Below are positions 1-6,911 of a stretch of 32,000 nt of DNA, piece by piece (the first letter of the stretch is position 1; each line of letters opens with the position of its first letter). Source of the stretch: Candidatus Saccharimonadota bacterium (GTDB lineage: Bacteria; Patescibacteriota; Microgenomatia; UBA1406; GWC2-37-13). The stretch is taken from positions 240,001-272,000 of the forward strand of contig CP066689.1 in the NCBI GenBank assembly GCA_016432445.1, written 5' to 3'. Made by a program: the position numbers and the translations under genes. The notes below the pieces were generated by a model, which saw nothing but the letters and a program-made list of their open reading frames with translations, was not told the DNA's origin and searched no databases.

Positions 1-1
1 T

Positions 2-742
2 TTTGTCAATAAGACCAAGAAAGGCTATTATTCTTATTCCCAGTATCAGATTAAATCAGTTTTATTTGCTCCTGAACATATAGACATAATCAATGGTTCA
101 CCAGATAAAAGGCGGGAATATTTTAATAGGTTTATTGCTATTTTTGATCCTGAATACAAAAAAAAGGTTCATAATTACGAGCATGCTTTATATAAAAGAA
201 ACAAAATTTTGGAACATCATACTAATGATCAAACATTAAAAGAAGAGTTGCTTTTTTGGAATGATTATCTGGAAAAACAGGCAGTTTATATCAGCGCTAA
301 AAGGCAGGAATACAGTGATTATTTAAATGATAACCAATCAATTGACGGTAGATTATTTAGAATTAATTACTTAAAGAATGAGTTAACCCAAGAATTATTA
401 AATAAAGTTTATGATGAAGAAAAAAGATTAAGAAGAACTTTGATTGGTCCGCAAAAAGATGATTTTCAGATACATCTTAATGATAAAAACGTCCACCATT
501 TCGGTTCCCGCAGTGAACAGCGGCTAGCTGTTTTCTGGCTCAAGCTTAATGAAATAAATTATCTTACTCATTTTTTTAAAAAGAAACCTATCTTACTCTT
601 GGATGATATTTTCTCAGAGCTTGATACTAAAAATAAAAAGGTCATTCTTGATCTTATCGGCAATTATCAAACTGTGCTTACAACTACGGAAAAAGAGCTT
701 CTTGATCTAGTCAACATGCCCAAAACAGTCATCCAGCTTTGA
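2..742 (+). CDS. recF: DNA replication/repair protein RecF, C-terminal part (5' end outside window)
   Basis: The frame of ORF 209..742 stays open back to base 2 (..SVLFAPEHIDIINGSPDKRREYFNRF..). SMC/RecF-type signature region GSRSEQR and Walker-B-like LLLDDIFSELD are present. TGA stop at 740..742. Confidence 0.8.
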   Translation, partial: FVNKTKKGYYSYSQYQIKSVLFAPEHIDIINGSPDKRREYFNRFIAIFDPEYKKKVHNYEHALYKRNKILEHHTNDQTLKEELLFWNDYLEKQAVYISAKRQEYSDYLNDNQSIDGRLFRINYLKNELTQELLNKVYDEEKRLRRTLIGPQKDDFQIHLNDKNVHHFGSRSEQRLAVFWLKLNEINYLTHFFKKKPILLLDDIFSELDTKNKKVILDLIGNYQTVLTTTEKELLDLVNMPKTVIQL

Positions 743-747
743 TAATT

Positions 748-761
748 TGGTAGAATATAAT
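748..761 (+). promoter_or_regulatory. Extended -10-like promoter element upstream of tRNA-Ser
   Basis: TGGTAGAAT (748..756) overlaps TATAAT (756..761), 17-22 nt upstream of the tRNA 5' end. No convincing -35. Confidence 0.35.
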
Positions 762-778
762 AGGCTATAGTCTAATTT

Positions 779-862
779 GGAGGGTTGGCCGAGTGGTTTA
801 AGGCGCAAGTCCCGAAAACTTGTGGGCGAAAGCCCTCACAGGTTCGAATCCTGTACCCTCCG
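779..862 (+). tRNA. tRNA-Ser, anticodon CGA, type II (long variable arm), no encoded CCA
   Basis: Hand-folded cloverleaf. Acceptor GGAGGGT/ACCCTCC. Anticodon stem CAAGT/ACTTG with loop CCCGAAA. Variable arm GGGC-GAAA-GCCC. T arm ACAGG-TTCGAAT-CCTGT. Discriminator G. Confidence 0.85.
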
Positions 863-885
863 CTTAGATTTAGTAGAATATAGTT

Positions 886-1317
886 ATGAGTGGCGAACAA
901 TTACTATCTCCAGTAAAAACTTTTCAATATGAAGGAAAATCATTACCTGTTTCTCATACTTCAACTTTGAATGTCACTACTGGAGTAGAATGTGATGTTT
1001 ATCAATTTGTAGGAGATCAAAGTAAAGATCTAGGAGTTATTCGGATACAACCAGGTTGTAAAACTCCTCTTCAAAAAGTTCTTAAAGGAGACAAGACGGT
1101 TGAGGGATATATTTCAGGAAAAGGAAAATTGATTATTACGAAACCAAACGGTGAAAAATATATATACGAGGTGAGTGATAAACTTGAAAAACCATTAGCA
1201 GTATTGGTAGAAATTGGGGAATTAATGCAATGGGAAGCTGATAAAGAATCTGATTTAAAAGCTTATGAAGTTTGTTATCCACCTTATGAAGATGGACGTT
1301 ATGAAAATATTGAATAA
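886..1317 (+). CDS. Hypothetical small protein, possible cupin-like beta-barrel
   Basis: 143-aa ORF with a beta-strand-rich pattern (GVIRIQPG..GKGKLIIT..LVEIGELMQWEA) but no metal-binding His motif. Followed 9 nt later by a clear cupin gene. Confidence 0.6.
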   Translation: MSGEQLLSPVKTFQYEGKSLPVSHTSTLNVTTGVECDVYQFVGDQSKDLGVIRIQPGCKTPLQKVLKGDKTVEGYISGKGKLIITKPNGEKYIYEVSDKLEKPLAVLVEIGELMQWEADKESDLKAYEVCYPPYEDGRYENIE

Positions 1318-1326
1318 TTATTATTT

Positions 1327-1677
1327 ATGACGACCAAATTCAAAATCTTTAATATCTCCCAGGTTCCGTTTGAAGAGATTCATGACATGCCTCAATCAAG
1401 ACAAACATTAGCGACTAAAGAAGATTTAGTTTCCGATAATATTGATGCGTTAACCAAAGGTACATTACGACCGGGAAGCATTTGGGATTGGCATAAACAT
1501 GAACAATATGACGAGTTAGGAATAGTTTTAAAAGGAACGGGTAAATTTTATTGGGAAAAAGAGGTTGTGGAATATAAACCTGAAGATGTGATAATTATTC
1601 CAGCTAACTCTAACCATAAATTTGAAGCTTTGGGTCAAGAGGCGAGTGAGTTTTATTTTGTTAGAATAAAGGTATAG
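1327..1677 (+). CDS. Cupin domain protein
   Basis: 116 aa with a two-motif cupin pattern (WDWHKHEQYDELGIVLKGTG and IIIPANSNHKFEA). Confidence 0.75.
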   Translation: MTTKFKIFNISQVPFEEIHDMPQSRQTLATKEDLVSDNIDALTKGTLRPGSIWDWHKHEQYDELGIVLKGTGKFYWEKEVVEYKPEDVIIIPANSNHKFEALGQEASEFYFVRIKV

Positions 1678-1720
1678 AGCCTTACAGAAATGTTTTCAAC
1701 TCCAGAGGTTGATTTGTTTA

Positions 1721-2962
1721 TTAAATTTCATTTAGAGAGAGGATGGGGAGGGACAATTCTTTAATTGTAGGGGACGCAGATCTGCGTCCCCTACCAGAAT
1801 TATCAAACAATGTGGTGCCGAAATCAACTTTTTTAGACTCTAAAAGGGGGTAGATTTTTTTCATTTTCTCCTGTTTTAGATTGTCGGAAAATAGTGATGG
1901 TTGAGTTGATGTTAGTTCTTCCAGATCAAAGATATGACAACCTGTTGCCCTGTATAAAACATTTTTTTTATGAATTTTGTTAAATAATTTTCTTAATTCC
2001 TCGCGGATAAGGTAAGGATAGGCAAGTTTTTCTTGAAGTTTTATCTCAGAGGTATGAAAATGAAATTCCTGAGTTTTTAAAAATAATGCAACTTTACCAA
2101 CAGAGTAATGATATCTTCTTGCTTTTTGAAAAGCCTCCTCTACATGAGATAAAAGTTTTGCCCACAAAATATCTTTGTTATTAGTCGGGGGCCTAAAAGT
2201 TCCTGTATCAGATATTCCTTTATAAGTTGTTTTTGTTTGAATATTTAACTCATAAACTTTATCTCCTTTAAGTTCTTTCCAAATTTCAAAATAAGGTTTG
2301 CTTAGATGGTTCTTAATAAACTTTTCAGGCTTTAAAGCAAAATCCAAAGCAGTTTTAATACTTAATTTTTTAAGATAAGAGGCAGTATTGTAGCCTATTC
2401 CCCAGACACTTTGAATAGGGGTAAGTTGCAGCAGTTTTTCAATATGGGCGCCTTTGACGACGGTTAATCCTGATGGTTTACGGAAGGATGAGGCAAGTTT
2501 AGCCAAAGATTTGGTGAGAGATATGCCGACAGAAACAGTAATTCCTAGAGACGATTCGATTTTATCTTTAATATTTTCCCCAATATGATAGTAGTTCATA
2601 TTAAGAGGTTTCTGTAAACCTTTAAGGTCGGTAAATCCTTCATCTACAGAATATTCTTCAACTCCAAGGGTAAGTGAGCGAAGGATATCAAACATTTTTT
2701 TTGAGTAAAGATCAACTAGCTCATAATCAGTTTCCATAATCTGACATTGAGGATAAAGTTTTTTTATTTTATAAATAGGCATTCCCCGCGGGATACCGTA
2801 TTTTTTAGCCTCATAAGATATGGCTGTGGCTATACCCCGTTCTGAACCGGTAACCAGAGGTTTTCCTTTAAGATAAGGGTTAGCCGATTGCATTACTGAG
2901 GCAAAAAAAGCATCTCCGTCAAGATGCAGGATAACATTAGGCCAAGAATGAATTTGAAACAT
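1721..2962 (-). CDS. dinB: Y-family DNA polymerase (DNA polymerase IV-like)
   Basis: ILHLDGDAFFASV catalytic motif, YSVDEGF motif, and a clamp-binding-like QPSLF. Start placed at MFQIHSW (ATG at 2962), 10 aa before the conserved N-terminal motif. The extra 18 codons of the ORF-track call run through an upstream palindrome. Confidence 0.85.
   Translation of the reverse strand: MFQIHSWPNVILHLDGDAFFASVMQSANPYLKGKPLVTGSERGIATAISYEAKKYGIPRGMPIYKIKKLYPQCQIMETDYELVDLYSKKMFDILRSLTLGVEEYSVDEGFTDLKGLQKPLNMNYYHIGENIKDKIESSLGITVSVGISLTKSLAKLASSFRKPSGLTVVKGAHIEKLLQLTPIQSVWGIGYNTASYLKKLSIKTALDFALKPEKFIKNHLSKPYFEIWKELKGDKVYELNIQTKTTYKGISDTGTFRPPTNNKDILWAKLLSHVEEAFQKARRYHYSVGKVALFLKTQEFHFHTSEIKLQEKLAYPYLIREELRKLFNKIHKKNVLYRATGCHIFDLEELTSTQPSLFSDNLKQEKMKKIYPLLESKKVDFGTTLFDNSGRGRRSASPTIKELSLPILSLNEI
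1767..1794. repeat. Perfect 28-nt GC-rich palindrome P1 (GTAGGGGACGCAGA|TCTGCGTCCCCTAC)
   Basis: Read directly from the sequence. Lies inside the last ~25 codons of dinB. Related to P2 at 2972..2999. Confidence 0.9.
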
Positions 2963-2971
2963 ATATCTATT

Positions 2972-2999
2972 GTAGGGACAGGTCGCGACCTGTCCGTAC
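2972..2999. repeat. 28-nt GC-rich palindrome P2 (GTAGGGACAGGTCG|CGACCTGTCCGTAC), one mismatch, perfect 20-nt core at 2976..2995
   Basis: Read directly from the sequence. Sits 10 nt upstream of the dinB ATG. Shares the ATTGTAGGG(G)AC left end with P1. Confidence 0.9.
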
Positions 3000-3002
3000 A
3001 CA

Positions 3003-3032
3003 ATTATAGTGAACATTCGTTCACCTTGTCAA
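3003..3032 (-). promoter_or_regulatory. Near-consensus sigma-70-type promoter for dinB
   Basis: On the minus strand: TTGACA (complement of 3027..3032), 18-nt spacer, TATAAT (complement of 3003..3008). Confidence 0.55.
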
Positions 3033-3052
3033 GAGATAAAAAGTGTTATAAT
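3026..3052 (+). promoter_or_regulatory. Promoter for the MscS-like gene, extended -10, start codon 6 nt after the -10
   Basis: TTGTCA (3026..3031), 15-nt spacer, TGTTATAAT (3044..3052), ATG at 3059. Confidence 0.45.
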
Positions 3053-3058
3053 AAAAAT

Positions 3059-3553
3059 ATGTTTAACTTGGCTGTTTTGTCAGAAGGTTACGTAAACAAT
3101 CTAATTTTTTCTTTATTGGTATTGGCTGTTGCTTATATTTTATCGTTTATAGCCAAGTGGAGTGTCGATTTTATTTTTGCCAGGACTCTTTTATCTCGGA
3201 CTCGTAATATCCGGTCTCTTTTTAAGAATGCAATTGATATCATGGTTTTTTTGATAGCTCTTATGGTTATTCTTTCGCGTTGGGATATCAATATCGTGCC
3301 GATTTTAACCGGCGCCGGTATTTTAGGGCTGGCGGTTTCTTTTGGAGCGCAAACTCTAGTTAAGGATGTAATCTCAGGAATTTTTATTGTTATAGAAAAT
3401 CAATTCAGTGTTGGAGATAGGATTAAGATTGGAGATTATGAAGGAGAAGTTCACCAAATTACTTTGCGTTTGACTGTTATTAAGGATAAAAAAGATAATT
3501 TGATTTATATTCCTAACTCTCAAATAACTACAGTAGTCCGCTTAAGTCATTAA
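3059..3553 (+). CDS. Small-conductance mechanosensitive channel family protein, short form
   Basis: MscS pore helix and beta-domain pattern (GLAVSFGAQTLVKDVISGIFIVIENQFSVGDRIKIGDYEGEV). Start placed at MFNLAV (ATG 3059), because upstream codons overlap dinB and the promoter region. Confidence 0.7.
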   Translation: MFNLAVLSEGYVNNLIFSLLVLAVAYILSFIAKWSVDFIFARTLLSRTRNIRSLFKNAIDIMVFLIALMVILSRWDINIVPILTGAGILGLAVSFGAQTLVKDVISGIFIVIENQFSVGDRIKIGDYEGEVHQITLRLTVIKDKKDNLIYIPNSQITTVVRLSH

Positions 3554-4212
3554 CTATACCATTCTTCCTCAAAAGTTATTTTGCCGTTTTCAATCCAAAG
3601 GTTTTGGCCTAAGCCATGGTGATTGACACCGCTGTTAGCAAAGTTATTTTTAAGATCAATCTCGGCATAATGAGTATGTCCGCAAATAAAAACTTCATTA
3701 GGTTTAAGTTCTTTCTTTAACTTTTTTTTTATCTTTTTATTGTATCTTTCAAAAACAAATCTCATTAATTTTTTATTGAACCTTCTAATAATCTGTCTAT
3801 GAAAAGGTTCGTAAGCATAAACTAGCGCTCCATGCATTCGTCTTATCCCTAAGGATTCATCAAACAGATGACAAAGTCGGTTACCATGTTCAAAGATAAA
3901 TTTTATTTTTCCCGATTTGAGTTCGTATTTCTCGGTAGCTATATTACAAAAAAGATTAACTCTTTCATCAGAAAAATCTTTTTTATCATGGTTTCCGTAG
4001 ACATAAACTGTTTTTCTTGATTTAAGAAGGGGAAATAAATGATTCCAGTAAGAGTTGATAAATTTATCAAAAGTAGTTATGAATCCGTCCCAAAAGTCGC
4101 CATTTAGAATAACTTGATTGGCTTGCTTTATTTTAGCAGAGAGGTAATGAAATTTTTTTTCGTCAAACTTATCTGATAAATGAGTATCAGAAAGCACCAG
4201 TACTTTCTTCAT
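3550..4212 (-). CDS. Calcineurin-like metallophosphoesterase (YfcE/LpxH-like fold)
   Basis: Motifs VLSDTHL, NGDFWD, GNHD and GHTH. Starts 9 nt after the fusA stop. Confidence 0.75.
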   Translation of the reverse strand: MKKVLVLSDTHLSDKFDEKKFHYLSAKIKQANQVILNGDFWDGFITTFDKFINSYWNHLFPLLKSRKTVYVYGNHDKKDFSDERVNLFCNIATEKYELKSGKIKFIFEHGNRLCHLFDESLGIRRMHGALVYAYEPFHRQIIRRFNKKLMRFVFERYNKKIKKKLKKELKPNEVFICGHTHYAEIDLKNNFANSGVNHHGLGQNLWIENGKITFEEEWYS

Positions 4213-4221
4213 AAGGTTTAT

Positions 4222-6318
4222 TTATTTTTGAAGCATTCCCTGGATTATATTTCGAGGGACTTCTTCATAATGGGAAGGTTCCATATATGATATGCCCCGG
4301 CCCTCAGTAAGTGATCTAAGAATAGTCACATATCCTGAAAGTTCGGCTAGTGGAGCGTAGGCTTTGATAACAACGGCAGTTCCTCGTCTATCTGTTCCCA
4401 GTATTTTACCTCTTCTGCTTGATACGTCTCCAATGGTAACTCCCATAAAGTTTTCAGGTACAGTTACCTCAAGTTTCATAATTGGTTCAAGTAAAGTAAG
4501 ACCAGCTTTTTTGGCGCCATCCTGAAGAGCCATGGAACCGGCAATCTGAAAGGCAATATCTGATGAGTCAACGTCATGATAGCTTCCGTCAATAAGAGTG
4601 GCTTGAAGATCAACTAATGGGTAGCCTAAAAGAACACCTTTTTCCAATGCTTGAATGATGCCTTTTTCAACTGATGGAATAAATTCAGATGGAATTGCTC
4701 CTCCTTTTATTTTATTTACAAATTTGAATCCTTCACCGCGGCCTAAAGGTTTCAAGATTATAACGCAGTGGCCATATTGTCCATGACCTCCAGTTTGTTT
4801 GATGTATTTTGATTCTTGTTCAACTTCGCGAGTTATGGTTTCTTTATAGGCAACTTGAGGTTTACCGACATTAACATCCATACCCATCTCTCTTTTCATA
4901 CGGTCAACCAAAATTTCCAAATGAAGTTCACCCATTCCTGACATAATAGTTTGTCCAGTTTCATGGTTAATCTTAACCTTAAAAGTTGGATCTTCTTCAG
5001 ATAGCCGCTGTAAACTATAAGATAATTTTTCCTGGTCAGCTTTAGTTTTAGGTTCAATAGCCAAAGAAATAACTGGGTCGGGGAAAGTGATCTGCTCCAA
5101 AAGAATTGGTCTATCTTGGTCGGCTAAGGTATCACCTGTTGCAGTTTCTTTTGGGCCAACTAAGGCGACAATTTCTCCAGCATAAGCTTTATCAACTTCT
5201 TCTCTTTGATTAGCATGCATCAAAAGTAAGCGGCTGACTCTTTCCTGTTTGCTTTTATTAATGTTGTAGACGTATGATCCTGATGTTAGAGTACCGGAAT
5301 AGATTCTAGTATAAGTAATTTTTCCCACGTGAGGATCTAACTGAATTTTAAAGGCTAAAGCTGAGAATGTTTCATCTCCGGTGAGTTTTCTTATCTCAGG
5401 TTCATTAGTCTTAGGATGTACACCTTTAATTTCTTTAAGATCAACAGGAGATGGCAAATAATCAATAATAGCGTCTAGTACTGGTTGAACTCCTTTATTT
5501 CTTAAAGATGTGCCGCAGTAAACAGGTACCACTTTATAAGAAATAACGGCTTTTCTTAAAGCGTCTTTTAATTCTTGGGTGGTGATTTCTTGGCCATTAA
5601 GATATTTACTTAAAAGATTATCATCAGTTTCGGCAACCTGTTCAATTAATTTTGCTTTCATTTCGGCAATTTTTGATTTAAGATCTTCAGGTATCTCGTC
5701 AGTTATTGTATACTGGGTTCCTTGAGGATCTTTATCCCAGATAAGCGATTTCATTTGTAAAAGATCAACTACGCCTTTATATTCTTGCTCTTTCCCAATT
5801 GGATAGACCATAACGATTGGTTTAGAACCCAGTCTTTCCTCAATTTCTTTGACAGTGCCGTCAAAATCAGCTCCCAATTTATCCATTTTATTGATAAAAA
5901 TTATGCGGGGAACTTTATATTTATCAGCTTGTCTCCAAACTGTTTCTGACTGGCTTTGAACACCTTCTTCAGCATCAAAAACGACGACACCTCCATCAAG
6001 AACTCTTAAAGATCTTTCAACTTCGGCAGTGAAGTCAACGTGACCTGGAGTATCAATGATGTTGATGCGGACATCTTTCCAAAATGTAGTTGTGGCCGCC
6101 GATACGATAGTGATCCCTCTTTCTCTTTCCTGCGGCATCCAATCCATCTGGGTTGTTCCTTCATCAATGTCACCGATTTTATAAGATTTTCCTGTATAAA
6201 AAAGAATTCTTTCTGTAGTTGTGGTTTTACCAGAATCAATATGAGCGATAATACCGACGTTTCGGATTTTATCTAAAGGAACATTTCTGTTTTTTGTAAT
6301 GATGTGTTGTTGTGCCAT
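4222..6318 (-). CDS. fusA: Translation elongation factor G
   Basis: 698 aa. G-domain motifs AHIDSGKTT, DTPGH and NKMD. Full-length EF-G-like sequence. Confidence 0.97.
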   Translation of the reverse strand: MAQQHIITKNRNVPLDKIRNVGIIAHIDSGKTTTTERILFYTGKSYKIGDIDEGTTQMDWMPQERERGITIVSAATTTFWKDVRINIIDTPGHVDFTAEVERSLRVLDGGVVVFDAEEGVQSQSETVWRQADKYKVPRIIFINKMDKLGADFDGTVKEIEERLGSKPIVMVYPIGKEQEYKGVVDLLQMKSLIWDKDPQGTQYTITDEIPEDLKSKIAEMKAKLIEQVAETDDNLLSKYLNGQEITTQELKDALRKAVISYKVVPVYCGTSLRNKGVQPVLDAIIDYLPSPVDLKEIKGVHPKTNEPEIRKLTGDETFSALAFKIQLDPHVGKITYTRIYSGTLTSGSYVYNINKSKQERVSRLLLMHANQREEVDKAYAGEIVALVGPKETATGDTLADQDRPILLEQITFPDPVISLAIEPKTKADQEKLSYSLQRLSEEDPTFKVKINHETGQTIMSGMGELHLEILVDRMKREMGMDVNVGKPQVAYKETITREVEQESKYIKQTGGHGQYGHCVIILKPLGRGEGFKFVNKIKGGAIPSEFIPSVEKGIIQALEKGVLLGYPLVDLQATLIDGSYHDVDSSDIAFQIAGSMALQDGAKKAGLTLLEPIMKLEVTVPENFMGVTIGDVSSRRGKILGTDRRGTAVVIKAYAPLAELSGYVTILRSLTEGRGISYMEPSHYEEVPRNIIQGMLQK

Positions 6319-6424
6319 AAAAAAAATCCAAATGTCAAAATCTAAATATCAAATCAAATCCAAAGTTTAAAATCTAAATGACAAATAATTTGACATTTGA
6401 AATTTGAACTTTAGATTTATGTTG
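6319..6424. repeat. AT-rich inverted-repeat element, copy A (rpsG-fusA spacer)
   Basis: Contains AAATCCAAATGTCAAA (6324..6339). The 30-nt arms 6356..6385 and 6389..6418 are complementary at 24/30 positions by hand alignment. Confidence 0.7.
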
Positions 6425-6895
6425 TTACCATTTAAGGTGGGCGAAAGCCTTATTAGCCTCAGCTAGTTTTTCTACTTGTGAGCGTTTGCTTACGGCCGCT
6501 CCTTGATTTTTTGAGGCATCCAATATTTCGGCAGACAATTTATCCTTAAAATTGTGATATTCTTTTTGCGATCGGCTTCTTGCCCCGTCAACAATCCAGT
6601 TTAAAGCCAAATAAAGTTTTCTTTCTTTTCTAACTTCTGACGGAACCAAGTAAGATGCTCCTCCAAGTCTTCGTGGTTTTACCTCAAAATTAGGTGAAAC
6701 ATTATTTAAAGCCTTATGTAAAAGTTTAAGAGGTTCGCCTTCTTTTTTAAGGATTTCAAGAGCTTGATAAACAATGCTTTCCGCTACACTTTTTTTGCCA
6801 TCTTCCATGATGTAGTTTATAAGTTTACTTACTTCTAAGTTTCGATAAATAACATCTACTTGTTGTCGTCTTTTTTTATATGGATGGCGTGGCAT
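6425..6895 (-). CDS. rpsG: 30S ribosomal protein S7
   Basis: 156 aa, typical S7 sequence (MPRHPYKKR.., ..AFAHLKW). Confidence 0.95.
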   Translation of the reverse strand: MPRHPYKKRRQQVDVIYRNLEVSKLINYIMEDGKKSVAESIVYQALEILKKEGEPLKLLHKALNNVSPNFEVKPRRLGGASYLVPSEVRKERKLYLALNWIVDGARSRSQKEYHNFKDKLSAEILDASKNQGAAVSKRSQVEKLAEANKAFAHLKW

Positions 6896-6911
6896 ATTTA
6901 TTAATTTTAAA

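Noticed and set aside
1-900. Replication origin near recF
   Set aside because: recF often follows dnaA-dnaN, so oriC may be nearby. However, no cluster of DnaA-box-like (TTATCCACA) motifs is visible in the window, and any origin would lie upstream of base 1.
1767-2999. P1/P2 palindromes considered as CRISPR repeats
   Set aside because: There are only two copies, about 1.2 kb apart, with a complete gene between them, no regular short spacers and no cas genes. They are not a CRISPR array.
2972-2999. P2 considered as a canonical LexA/SOS box
   Set aside because: It does not match either well-known consensus (CTGT-N8-ACAG or CGAAC-N4-GTTCG). It reads ACAG-N8-CTGT, and a related palindrome occurs at the 3' end of the gene. 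The operator idea is kept only as a hypothesis.
779-3016. Genomic island integrated at tRNA-Ser (cupins + dinB)
   Set aside because: There is no integrase or recombinase, no direct repeat of the tRNA 3' end that I could find, and no obvious composition shift.
2924-3058. N-terminal extensions in the ORF track for the MscS-like gene (from 2924) and dinB (to 3016)
   Set aside because: The two extensions overlap each other on opposite strands and run through the palindrome and promoter region. Conserved protein sequence begins at ATG 3059 and ATG 2962 respectively.
3308-3319. 12-nt GC palindrome ACCGGCGCCGGT
   Set aside because: It lies inside the MscS-like CDS, encoding the Gly/Ala-rich TGAG segment. 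It is short, unrelated to P1/P2, and most simply a codon coincidence.
6006-6276. ORFs 6006..6239 (-) and 6040..6276 (+) within the fusA 5' region
   Set aside because: They overlap the EF-G GTPase domain, whose frame is certain, and so are alternative-frame artefacts.
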